The position numbers were made by a program, and so were the translations under genes. DNA of 64,000 nucleotides, taken from IMG/VR virus record IMGVR_UViG_3300027861_000010, one strand, 5' to 3'. This stretch comes from a virus. This document shows positions 8,633 through 17,857 of the stretch, in pieces. Below the pieces are notes generated by a model. It searched no databases, was not told where the DNA came from, and saw nothing but the letters and a program-made list of their open reading frames with translations. The number at the start of each line of letters is the position of its first letter. Position 1 is the stretch's first letter.

Positions 8633-9934
8633 ATGGCGTACAGCGACGACATAAACGCTTTGAACCCCGACCACTATTGGTCGTTTGATGGTAATTCTAA
8701 CGACGGCGTGGGGAGCCTTACCGGTACAAACACTACAGTAAACTTCTCAAACTCTGCTTTGACGAAAGATGCGACTAACTGTGCCACCATGACGGCTAAC
8801 GGTTCTCGCATTTCTTTTGCTTCTAGCACGGACTTGAACGGGCAGCTGAACCGCAAGTGCGTGGCCGGTTGGTTTAGCGTGAACAGTATTCAGCCGCCTC
8901 CGAAAAGAATTTACGGCGAGGGCACTGATGGGATATCTACTCCGCTGTTCCAGCTAGTACTAGCGTACGGCAATACCTTTATGTTTGAGGCAATTGATCC
9001 GTCTGGCATTAGTACCTATTTGTGCCAAGTGGTTGGCGAGAATGTCGCGGTTGCCAATCGGATCTACCACCTCTGTATGATATTTGAAGGTGATGCCTTT
9101 GCCGACGAGATTAGATTTTTCATTGATGGGGTTAGGCAGACCATTGAGATTCCTGACCCACCGACCATCGGCACATCGGACATAACTTCAAGAGGGCAGG
9201 CACAGCTGGGTGACCCGTCGGGTGCTTCCGGTGTTGGAGGTGGTACGCTTTTGCTACAAGCTGCCGACGAGAGCAGTTACCAGTATTGGGCAGCCTTCTC
9301 CGGTGCTGATGCAGTGTTGACCGAGACTGAAATCAGAGAAACGCTGTTTGAGCGAGGGGCTTTAGCTGACTTCACTGTTAGCACAAACACAGAAGCGAAC
9401 ATGCAGTCAGCGTTAAACGCGATCACTTCTTCGCAGGGTGACTCTCCTTGCTGCATTGAGATAGAGGCGGTGTCTGGCGGCGGCGACTTTACATTAACTA
9501 GCGATAAGGTCTTTGATGATTTAGCTTCTATTCACTTTCGGTATAACGGAACAGCAGATACTCTGACCCTTGTTAATACCACAGGAAACGCAAGTATAGG
9601 TGCGGCCCCGTTCGGAGGTACGCTACGAATTGCCGAACGGCAGACCTTAACTGTGACGGCTACTGATTTGAGAACTGGCGACCCTGTGCAGAATGCTCGC
9701 GTGTACATCGAAGCGGCTGCTGGTGGCGATTTAGCTGCGGGTACGGAGATCATGAACGAGCTAACAAACGTATCTGGAATCGCAACAGTTACATTTGATT
9801 ACGTAGTTGATCAACCGATTGTAGGTCGGGTCCGGCAAGGCACAACTGCACCGTACTACAAGACAGGAACCATAGCTGGTCCGCTGTCAGCGGAAGCGTT
9901 AGATGCTGTTATCCTGCTAGTGGAGGACGAATAA
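8633..9934 (+). CDS. LamG/concanavalin A-like virion protein (paralogue of 9934..12417)
   Basis: PDHYWSFDG start motif, VAGWF and NRIYHLCMIFEG..IRFFIDG are typical of LamG-like beta-sandwiches. Confidence 0.65.
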   Translation: MAYSDDINALNPDHYWSFDGNSNDGVGSLTGTNTTVNFSNSALTKDATNCATMTANGSRISFASSTDLNGQLNRKCVAGWFSVNSIQPPPKRIYGEGTDGISTPLFQLVLAYGNTFMFEAIDPSGISTYLCQVVGENVAVANRIYHLCMIFEGDAFADEIRFFIDGVRQTIEIPDPPTIGTSDITSRGQAQLGDPSGASGVGGGTLLLQAADESSYQYWAAFSGADAVLTETEIRETLFERGALADFTVSTNTEANMQSALNAITSSQGDSPCCIEIEAVSGGGDFTLTSDKVFDDLASIHFRYNGTADTLTLVNTTGNASIGAAPFGGTLRIAERQTLTVTATDLRTGDPVQNARVYIEAAAGGDLAAGTEIMNELTNVSGIATVTFDYVVDQPIVGRVRQGTTAPYYKTGTIAGPLSAEALDAVILLVEDE

Positions 9935-12417
9935 TGGCAATATCGAGAGTCGGCCACACTGCCGCTAGTACAGACAATGTGCCGAGTGCCACCGTGTCAG
10001 TTCCAGCAGGGACTACCACAGGCGATGTGATGATGCTTTATCTGGAGTGTGATGGTACCAGTGGCTACAACGCACCGGCTGGATTCACGCAAGTTTACGC
10101 CAACCAAATCGTAGGTACACACACTTCAAGCGTGCATTACCGAGTCATTCAGGCAGGAGATCCGTCTAGCTACGCAGTAAGCACGGGTGGTTCTAACGAG
10201 CGTGGCAACATCTACTTCATCACTTATCGTGACGTAGACACAACCAGTCCGGTCATTACTTCCAGCCGAAACACAGGATCAAGCAGCTCGACGGCGAACT
10301 TCACGAGCATGACGCCTGCCGAAGACGATTGCCGCGTCATCGCTTTCGTAGGCACCGAGTCTGGAAACAGCGGTAATTCCTTTACGAGCAGCTGGCCCAG
10401 TAATTTTACTGAGATCAGCGACAACGAGAACGGGCCACCGGGTTCTGGAGCCGGTTCATCGGGTGCCGCTTTTGCAGAGAGTCAACAGACTTCTGCCGCG
10501 ACTTGCAGTGGCTCTGTCACGATTTCGACGGGAAGCACGCAGTACGTCACTACGTTCATTGCGTTGCAACCGCCTTCCACAAAGCCGGTAGTACAGACCT
10601 GTCCAGATGTAGCTACGTCTAGCACTAACGTGACCTGCACAGGAGTCAATTTCGGAGCTATCCAAGGGATCGGTAAGCTAGAGCTGGCGAGTACCGCGAC
10701 TTATGCTTCGGCCACAAAAGTGACGCAAACAATTGATTCGTGGTCGGACACCAGTATCCAATTCGACGTAGTGCAAGGCGGTTTAACTAACGACTCGGTT
10801 GTTTACGTTTTTGTAACAGATGACAATGGCGATGTTAACTTAGTAGGACTGCCAATCAATCTAGGGCTGACACTTTATCTAGATTTGATTGACTCGTTAA
10901 CACCCGGCCACTATTGGCGACTCCAGAACACTTATACGGACACCGGAAGCAGTGCTTCGGGTCAGCGAGACATGGATAACGTCATAACCGGCGGCGGCGG
11001 AGCCATGACTACAACGGAAATTTGCGAGAACACCACTCATTCTTGGCAACTTACCAGCGTGACCGCTGCGAGAGAGATTCAAGATGTGGGCGACATGAAC
11101 ACTGGAACGGTCAACGAGCGAACGTTCTGCGGTTGGATAATGCTTGGAGGCATCCAGAAGTCCGCGTCCGTAATTTATAAAGAGGGCGGCGGCGTTCAAA
11201 ATCTGTGCTTCCTGCTCGCACTTGGCAACACTTTGACGGCCCAGATGGCTGACAGCGTTGCAGGCAACAATGTACAAGCTTTTGGCGATTTCAAATTAAC
11301 TCCAAATCGCCCTTACCACATTTGCTATCGTTATTCGTACACGGAGAGCCCGAAAGAATTTAGACTTTTCGTGGACGGCGAAGAGCAGACCGCGACTGAC
11401 GGGAATCCAATCACTGGCACACTCTTTTCCAGTCATAGTGGTGACTGCGTATGGGGCGACCCCGATAACAACTTGGAGACTGGCGGTACGGACATTGCGT
11501 ACGCTGGTCAAAGTGATTGCTATTACGCGGCTTGGGTACATTGGGCCGAGGCTGACAATGGCGGCAATGTCCCACTCGACAAGACGACCGAGATTCGTGA
11601 CAAGCTGTTTCGCAGAGGGGCGTTGCCGAACGAAACTATTACGGCAGGAACGCAGGCTGCGATGCAAACCCAGCTTGACGCCTTGGCGGATTCCGAGATA
11701 CCAGACTGGCCTTTAGGTCTGCGAATCGAGGAGGTATCTGGGGGCGGAGATTTAGAGCTGGAAGCAGACAACATAACTTTTAGTTCTCGTTGCACGTTAG
11801 ATTTGGAGTGGCGAGGGGCTGGCGTGCTGACGTGGGTCCAAAGGAACGGATCAAGTTTAGATGCGACCAAGATTTTCACATCACTAGGCGGAACTGTAAC
11901 CATCGTGAACAGCGTACCGGTGGTTATAACCGTGAAGGACGTGTCTACTGGTGGCGTGATCGAAGGGGCTCGGGTCTTGCTGACTTCGGACACTGGAGGC
12001 TCTTTGCCATACCAAGCTTCGGTAACTATTACCCGAGCCAGCACAACCGCGACTGTCACCCACACCGGTCACGGATATAGCACAGGGCAAAAAGTACTAA
12101 TTAGCGGAGCGTCGCAATACGAATACACTGGAGTAAAAACCATTACGGTGACGGGGACAAACACTTATACTTTTAGTGTAAGCGGTTCTCCGGCTACACC
12201 GGCTACGGGGACAATTACTAGCACGACTGTTTTGGCTGAAGATCTGACAGATGTGTCGGGACAGCTGACAACCGAGCTAAGGTACAGCAGCGATCAACCA
12301 GTAGGTGGTAGAGTTCGACGAGGAACAGACACGCCGTTCTACCGAACACAGCGTATTAGCTCTACGATTACTGCGGCTGGACTAAATCTAACTATTTTGA
12401 TGGTGAAGGACGAATAA
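9934..12417 (+). CDS. Multidomain LamG-like virion appendage protein
   Basis: 827 aa. N-terminal S/T-rich beta domain, Ig/TIG-like segment (TCTGVNFGAIQG), LamG-like PGHYWRLQN...FCGWI...FRLFVDG, and a C-terminal module shared with 8633..9934. TAATG coupling. Confidence 0.65.
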   Translation: MAISRVGHTAASTDNVPSATVSVPAGTTTGDVMMLYLECDGTSGYNAPAGFTQVYANQIVGTHTSSVHYRVIQAGDPSSYAVSTGGSNERGNIYFITYRDVDTTSPVITSSRNTGSSSSTANFTSMTPAEDDCRVIAFVGTESGNSGNSFTSSWPSNFTEISDNENGPPGSGAGSSGAAFAESQQTSAATCSGSVTISTGSTQYVTTFIALQPPSTKPVVQTCPDVATSSTNVTCTGVNFGAIQGIGKLELASTATYASATKVTQTIDSWSDTSIQFDVVQGGLTNDSVVYVFVTDDNGDVNLVGLPINLGLTLYLDLIDSLTPGHYWRLQNTYTDTGSSASGQRDMDNVITGGGGAMTTTEICENTTHSWQLTSVTAAREIQDVGDMNTGTVNERTFCGWIMLGGIQKSASVIYKEGGGVQNLCFLLALGNTLTAQMADSVAGNNVQAFGDFKLTPNRPYHICYRYSYTESPKEFRLFVDGEEQTATDGNPITGTLFSSHSGDCVWGDPDNNLETGGTDIAYAGQSDCYYAAWVHWAEADNGGNVPLDKTTEIRDKLFRRGALPNETITAGTQAAMQTQLDALADSEIPDWPLGLRIEEVSGGGDLELEADNITFSSRCTLDLEWRGAGVLTWVQRNGSSLDATKIFTSLGGTVTIVNSVPVVITVKDVSTGGVIEGARVLLTSDTGGSLPYQASVTITRASTTATVTHTGHGYSTGQKVLISGASQYEYTGVKTITVTGTNTYTFSVSGSPATPATGTITSTTVLAEDLTDVSGQLTTELRYSSDQPVGGRVRRGTDTPFYRTQRISSTITAAGLNLTILMVKDE

Positions 12418-12848
12418 TGACAAACGAAGACAAGCAGATTATTGACTTGGAAAAAGAAAAGAAAGCGGCAAAAAACGCTATCGTTTGTGACCGCGAAGGT
12501 AATCCATTAGAAATCAACAAAGGGCACCGGCTCCAGTTTGGTGAGAAGTTCTATGAATGGGACACCAGCCAGAAGATCGAGTACCTGATTAAACTTGCAA
12601 GCAGCATGAATCATGCAGCCGACATGATCCAGCGAGAAAGAGACAACCTTATGCAGAAGCATGAGCAACTGTTCCGGACACTGGAGAGCTGCGAGAAGAA
12701 CCTCGATACGCAGAAGCAGATCAGCATCAATACGATTACAACTGCAAACGCAAAAGAACAGAAATACATTAAAGACATACAGCTTTTGCAGTCCCGCGTC
12801 AGGGCTCAAGACGCTGTGATTGAAAAATTAAACGCGGAAGATAAGTAA
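12417..12848 (+). CDS. Coiled-coil hypothetical protein (possible fibre assembly chaperone)
   Basis: 143 aa, K/E/Q-rich heptads, translationally coupled at both ends (TAATG). Confidence 0.65.
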   Translation: MTNEDKQIIDLEKEKKAAKNAIVCDREGNPLEINKGHRLQFGEKFYEWDTSQKIEYLIKLASSMNHAADMIQRERDNLMQKHEQLFRTLESCEKNLDTQKQISINTITTANAKEQKYIKDIQLLQSRVRAQDAVIEKLNAEDK

Positions 12849-14932
12849 TGGCTATCTCCATCGCGTGGGGTACCAAAGTCATCTATGTGCCGAAAGCTGA
12901 CACACAGATTGTCCAATCATTGCCAACCGAAGTACGCCAGCTTAACCTAAATGATTTTCGGCTCGACCTGAAAGCCCTAGAGGCTAGCGAGGAGGGTATG
13001 CCTGAGCTGGACACGCACGTACACATTGCTCCGATTACGTTCGGTGGTGTTACTCTGGCTCGCGTTGTCGAGATTATTAATGGATATACAGTAACGTTTG
13101 AGGACGGGTCGTACGCGGTCAACCTAGTCGGGGCAAACAGTAACGTTGCCGATGTGACAAATGTTAATCAAGTATCTATTCGATCCTCTAACTCTGCTGG
13201 TCTAACTTTTTCCGAGGCAATCAACCAACAATCTTTCACTGACAACTCTGTACATATCAGTACGACAGAGGGCTTACCTGGCACGAGATTTCCGCGAGGA
13301 ACTCCTAGAGATCCTGTAAGTAATTTGACGGATGCCGAATTTATCCTTTCGGAACAGAAGCTTAAAAAAATAACTATTTGGGATTACATAGTCGCAGAGC
13401 CTGTTAGAAATTTGTCAGGCTTGACAGTGATTGGCGACAACCCTTCCGTTAGCTGGATAAACTTAATTAGCGGTGTACCTACTGACGGTACGACTTTCCA
13501 CAACATATCTTTGTTTGGAGACGCCACGGGCACTTCTACGGTCACCCAAAGCGTAATTCTAAGTGGCGGATTGACGGGATTCTCTGGTGGTTTCTCAAGC
13601 TGCCTATTTTTAGGTGACGTAGCGGTAGACCCAACAGATCTAATTCCGTTTACTGTCTCAAACTGTGCATCTATCGGAAGCTATCGGCCCACGTTCGACT
13701 TTTCAAATTCAGTACATCCCGGTCATTTTGCCAATTGGTCTGGAAACTTGAAACTAACAAACGTGACCAGCGGCAATGTAATAACAATCGACATGATATC
13801 GGGCAGTGCGGAAATAGATGCAACCTGCACTGGTGGTACTATACTTGTGCGAGGTGTCGGTCAGATAATCGACACCTCTGGTGCGGGCTGCAATGTAGAC
13901 ACGACGTATTTACTGCAGAACGACTCCGGCGAGAGTGCCGCAGCTAACTACACTTACTTCACTGCAAGTAACCGTGCGGATGCATTTAAGGCTGATATCA
14001 CTACGCTAGAGTCGGCGGCGGCCAGCATCAAAAATATCACGGACCAAATGCGGTTTACCAAACCAAACGAAATCGACGCTAATGCGATCTCCGGCGGCGG
14101 TGGTACGCCCTCGGAACTTGCCGACGCTGTTTGGAATGCAGACGAGGATGACTATAAAACGTCGGGAACAACAGGGCGTGTGTTGTTCGACGCTAGTCAG
14201 GGCGGTGGCGGTGGCGGAGGCTCGGCCTGTGACCCAGACGCTGACCGGATATTCGTCAACCAAGACTACGGTGGAACAAACAATCTCGTCTACGTTCTAG
14301 GCACAATACCTGTCGGGCAGGCTACGATTGAGCTGTTTATGTACGACGATTACATGGCAGGCAACCGTGACGCTGCTTACCGGATTGGCAACAGTCGGCA
14401 GACCGATGACGGCTCGTGGGCAGTCCCGTTCTACCTCGACCCTAACACTTACATCCTGCAGTTCTATCGTCCGCAAATTGCAGGTCCAGATGCTTACAAG
14501 CTGGTAGTCAGCGAGAACCCTGCTGACATCGTATTCGAGCAAGTACCGATTCCGAGCACAGGTTTGTCTGGTCCTCTAACTCCCCCGATCCAGACAACGA
14601 CTGTGATTGAGACTGTGGTTGAAACAGAGGTTGCAGGGCTAGATACGTTTGCGGGAGCGGGCACGATCCTTGTGGACGAGAATTACGGCGGAACCAGGAA
14701 CCTGGTTTACGAGGTCAATGGTTCGCCCGTGAACGGAGCTGACATTCTGATTTTCACGTCGGCTGACTATAATGCTGGAAACCGGAGCAACTCGTTTATT
14801 GTGGCTGCGAGTCGCCAGTTATCGGATGGTCGCTGGCAGCAGGCGTTACGTTTGAATCCCGGCAGCTACAAGATGCAATTCTTCAAACAAGGAGTTGCAG
14901 GCCCAGACACGTTCGATTTAGTTGTGGAGTAA
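12848..14932 (+). CDS. Virion appendage protein with a tandemly duplicated ~88-aa C-terminal domain
   Basis: 694 aa; two similar domains at about 14249-14512 and 14666-14929. Confidence 0.65.
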   Translation: MAISIAWGTKVIYVPKADTQIVQSLPTEVRQLNLNDFRLDLKALEASEEGMPELDTHVHIAPITFGGVTLARVVEIINGYTVTFEDGSYAVNLVGANSNVADVTNVNQVSIRSSNSAGLTFSEAINQQSFTDNSVHISTTEGLPGTRFPRGTPRDPVSNLTDAEFILSEQKLKKITIWDYIVAEPVRNLSGLTVIGDNPSVSWINLISGVPTDGTTFHNISLFGDATGTSTVTQSVILSGGLTGFSGGFSSCLFLGDVAVDPTDLIPFTVSNCASIGSYRPTFDFSNSVHPGHFANWSGNLKLTNVTSGNVITIDMISGSAEIDATCTGGTILVRGVGQIIDTSGAGCNVDTTYLLQNDSGESAAANYTYFTASNRADAFKADITTLESAAASIKNITDQMRFTKPNEIDANAISGGGGTPSELADAVWNADEDDYKTSGTTGRVLFDASQGGGGGGGSACDPDADRIFVNQDYGGTNNLVYVLGTIPVGQATIELFMYDDYMAGNRDAAYRIGNSRQTDDGSWAVPFYLDPNTYILQFYRPQIAGPDAYKLVVSENPADIVFEQVPIPSTGLSGPLTPPIQTTTVIETVVETEVAGLDTFAGAGTILVDENYGGTRNLVYEVNGSPVNGADILIFTSADYNAGNRSNSFIVAASRQLSDGRWQQALRLNPGSYKMQFFKQGVAGPDTFDLVVE

Positions 14933-14936
14933 CACT

Positions 14937-15926
14937 ATGCCATTGGAAGGCACACCTCCGGTCACGCCTCCGGCAACGGACGTGGACTGCGAGCAGCAGA
15001 ACATGATTACGCCGAAACAGACCGTCGTTGACGGCTGTCCGGTGTTGCCCAAACTTCAATGCCACGAAGTACAGATGGGACAAGATGCCCGACTACTTTG
15101 GAACTTCAAGAATGAAGGCGGCGACGAGGTCAACATCACAGACTGCATCAGTGCGTGTGAATCCCAGGGAAGTACCAGTAGTCAGACCGATGAATCGTTT
15201 GACGCAATTGGTACGCCGGATTGCGGAGTCGAGCTTCGTATGCGGGAATTGACTGGCTGTAACAGTCAAGACAAAGTCTACTGTATTCCCGCTGAGATCA
15301 TTGACGCAGGCACCGGTTATGTACGAGCAGCCTCGTTGCCAGAAGAGCTGGTTCGCAGCCCTGGAGTTTATCTGGAAGAGTGGGGTGTGTTTACCGCGGA
15401 TAAGCGAATGATCTTCAGCAACCAGTGCTGTACCTTCATCCGCCGAGGTCTGTTCGGGCTCAGCAACGACCCCACTAAGCGGAACCTGGGACCACCAACG
15501 ATCGAAGAGATTAGGTTGGCCCTGCGTGATAACGCGGCGGCGGATAACCTACTTATCGACGACGTTGAGTTCGATGCCGCTGAAATTGCTCAAGCAGTAT
15601 TGCGGCCACTTCAGTATTGGAATGAGATCCCGCCGCCGATTCGTCCCGTCATGACGACCAAGACGTTTCCGTTCCGAGAGATATGGATGCTGGGTATTCA
15701 GGCTTACCTGTTGGAAATTGCTGCTCACAACTACCGGCGTAATCACCTGCCGTACAACGCGGGCGGTGTGGCTGTTGATGACAAGAACAAAGAGCAAGCG
15801 TATGCTGCCAAGGGCATGCAGATGCTTCAGCGGTTCCAGGAGATGGCTCGGACGAAGAAGATTGAAATCAACATTTCTCTGTTCTCAGGTAGCGTCGGAT
15901 CGCCGTACTCTGGTCTGTTTTACTAA
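14937..15926 (+). CDS. Head-tail adaptor/neck protein (T4 gp13-like position)
   Basis: The helical C-terminal half (PTIEEIRLALRD...YWNEIPP...GGVAVDD) is adaptor-like; first gene of the neck-terminator-sheath run. Confidence 0.55.
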   Translation: MPLEGTPPVTPPATDVDCEQQNMITPKQTVVDGCPVLPKLQCHEVQMGQDARLLWNFKNEGGDEVNITDCISACESQGSTSSQTDESFDAIGTPDCGVELRMRELTGCNSQDKVYCIPAEIIDAGTGYVRAASLPEELVRSPGVYLEEWGVFTADKRMIFSNQCCTFIRRGLFGLSNDPTKRNLGPPTIEEIRLALRDNAAADNLLIDDVEFDAAEIAQAVLRPLQYWNEIPPPIRPVMTTKTFPFREIWMLGIQAYLLEIAAHNYRRNHLPYNAGGVAVDDKNKEQAYAAKGMQMLQRFQEMARTKKIEINISLFSGSVGSPYSGLFY

Positions 15927-15935
15927 GGGGAAGTC

Positions 15936-16829
15936 ATGGCGGACAACGGCCTACCGATCTCAACCAACTACGACATCTCGTGCGAGGACAACTATTGTCC
16001 GCCTGAGTGCGAGTTTGCATTTGCGTTGGTGCATGTGTCGTACTTGATTCGTGGCGGCACTCGGGTCATGTGGCAGCTCATCCCTGAGTTCAACGATCCA
16101 TTGCCCTGGACTTTCCAACTGCAGGTCGGCAAGACCGGTGGCGATGATGACGGCTGGGAAGATGTGGGACTGCCGATAGAGAATACCTGCTACGCCATTG
16201 ACTCAGAGAAGCGAGTCTACAGCAAGACGCAGAACACTCATTATCGGATCAAGCTTTCGACTCCGGCTGGGTTGTACTACTCACAACCGACTGCAAAGGC
16301 AGGCATCCTGGGTGTGCGGGACTGGCGACTTGCTCAAGAGATCGTCCGTAAGGAACGACTTCGATTTCGGTACGTCTCGCAGGATGGTTTCCTTCTCAAA
16401 CGACGGAGTACTGGGGAGAACTGCACTAGCTGCCTGGACCTTCAAACCAACGAAGTTACCAACCCGTACTGCCAGGAATGCTGGGGAACTGGTAAACAGT
16501 GCGGCTACTATTATCCGATGGCCTGCATCTGGGCAGATCTGTCGCCACGGACGCGTCGAATGCACATTGACGACCAGGCTCGAAGGGGCACGGTCAAAGA
16601 TATCGTTGTCACCGGACGCATGCTTATGCTACCGTTGATTGATGAACAAGACGTTTGGGTGTCGAGAAAGACGGACGATCGGTACTACATTCATTCGATT
16701 CAGAATGTTGCAGAGATCCGCGGAGTTCCGTTGGTTGCGAACGTGGAGCTGCGGCCAGCTCCGTTTACGGACGTGATCTACGAGATTCCGATCCCGCAAC
16801 AGGATGCCTGGCTTCAAGAACACTGTTGA
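15936..16829 (+). CDS. Head closure/neck protein with CxxC..CxxCxGTG zinc finger
   Basis: CTSC...CQECWGTG motif; position between adaptor and tail terminator. Confidence 0.55.
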   Translation: MADNGLPISTNYDISCEDNYCPPECEFAFALVHVSYLIRGGTRVMWQLIPEFNDPLPWTFQLQVGKTGGDDDGWEDVGLPIENTCYAIDSEKRVYSKTQNTHYRIKLSTPAGLYYSQPTAKAGILGVRDWRLAQEIVRKERLRFRYVSQDGFLLKRRSTGENCTSCLDLQTNEVTNPYCQECWGTGKQCGYYYPMACIWADLSPRTRRMHIDDQARRGTVKDIVVTGRMLMLPLIDEQDVWVSRKTDDRYYIHSIQNVAEIRGVPLVANVELRPAPFTDVIYEIPIPQQDAWLQEHC

Positions 16830-16839
16830 GATAGAATCC

Positions 16840-17124
16840 ATGCCACACATTCCACGATCCATGGCCCCAAGCGGGATGATTGATCCAGCCACTGTGCCTC
16901 GAGCACCGCGGCGTCCGGTTACTCAGAAGAAGCCGCCAGTGCCTTACATGGGCAGCGGAGATGGGGAAGTGAATCCGAACAGTCGCCTGAGGACTGGCAA
17001 CAAGATGGTCGGAAAACTGAGCATGAAAGACTGGGACGTCGATCCGCTGAGAATTTTGAAGCAACTGCACGGTAAGGAGATCAAGGTCGATGAGCACAGC
17101 GGAATGGTGTCCGGAACCGGGTGA
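16840..17124 (+). CDS. Small basic hypothetical protein
   Basis: Fills the gap between neck genes; weak SD; overlaps the next gene by 35 nt. Confidence 0.35.
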   Translation: MPHIPRSMAPSGMIDPATVPRAPRRPVTQKKPPVPYMGSGDGEVNPNSRLRTGNKMVGKLSMKDWDVDPLRILKQLHGKEIKVDEHSGMVSGTG

Positions 17125-17821
17125 TGCTCCGCAAAAAGATGCTTGCGGCACCCAGGGAACGGTAAATCCCAGCTATCTATGTGAGAACGGTTGGCAGCCT
17201 CTGCTGATCACCGGCTTTCTGCGTGACCTCCTCGTCCGTCAGTGGAGTGACCCAACCAACATTATCAGTCCGGAGATGAAGCAATATCTATGGAGTGAAG
17301 GACAGACCTCCGGTATACTGATCGAAAGCGTGTATCGTTACCGTGCGGACCTAGTGGAGAAGCGTCCGGCGATTATGATCAAAAGAAACTCCTTCAGGAA
17401 CATGCAGACCGGCTTCGCAGGCCAGATGCAGGGACTTGGAGCGGTGGCATACGAAAACGAAAAGGGTGCGATTAGCCGCCACACGACCTTGTTTGTAGGG
17501 TCACACACTCTTTTCTGCATCCATGGAACGGGTGCTTCAACAGAGATACTGGCATCGGAAGTGATGAGCCATTTGGTGGCTTGTCTTTGGCCGATACGTC
17601 GCCATCTCGGACTGAGACAATTCTCAGTGACAGAAGTCGGGGCTATTCAAGAAATTGAAGAGTCAAACGAAAATTACGTGATTCCGATCACAGTTGGCTG
17701 GGGATATGAACATGTCTGGCAACTGAAGGAAGAGTCGCTGCCCCTACAGTCAATCTCGCTCACGGGCTTGCTTGGTGGGAACGCAGAGGCAGCTCTGGGA
17801 ACCGATTACCAAGGTCCGTGA
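17090..17821 (+). CDS. Probable tail terminator/completion protein
   Basis: 243 aa, SD AAGGAG, directly upstream of the sheath gene. Confidence 0.55.
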   Translation: MSTAEWCPEPGDAPQKDACGTQGTVNPSYLCENGWQPLLITGFLRDLLVRQWSDPTNIISPEMKQYLWSEGQTSGILIESVYRYRADLVEKRPAIMIKRNSFRNMQTGFAGQMQGLGAVAYENEKGAISRHTTLFVGSHTLFCIHGTGASTEILASEVMSHLVACLWPIRRHLGLRQFSVTEVGAIQEIEESNENYVIPITVGWGYEHVWQLKEESLPLQSISLTGLLGGNAEAALGTDYQGP

Positions 17822-17857
17822 TTTATCCCGAACAAATAAGGCAATGGAGGCCAATCA

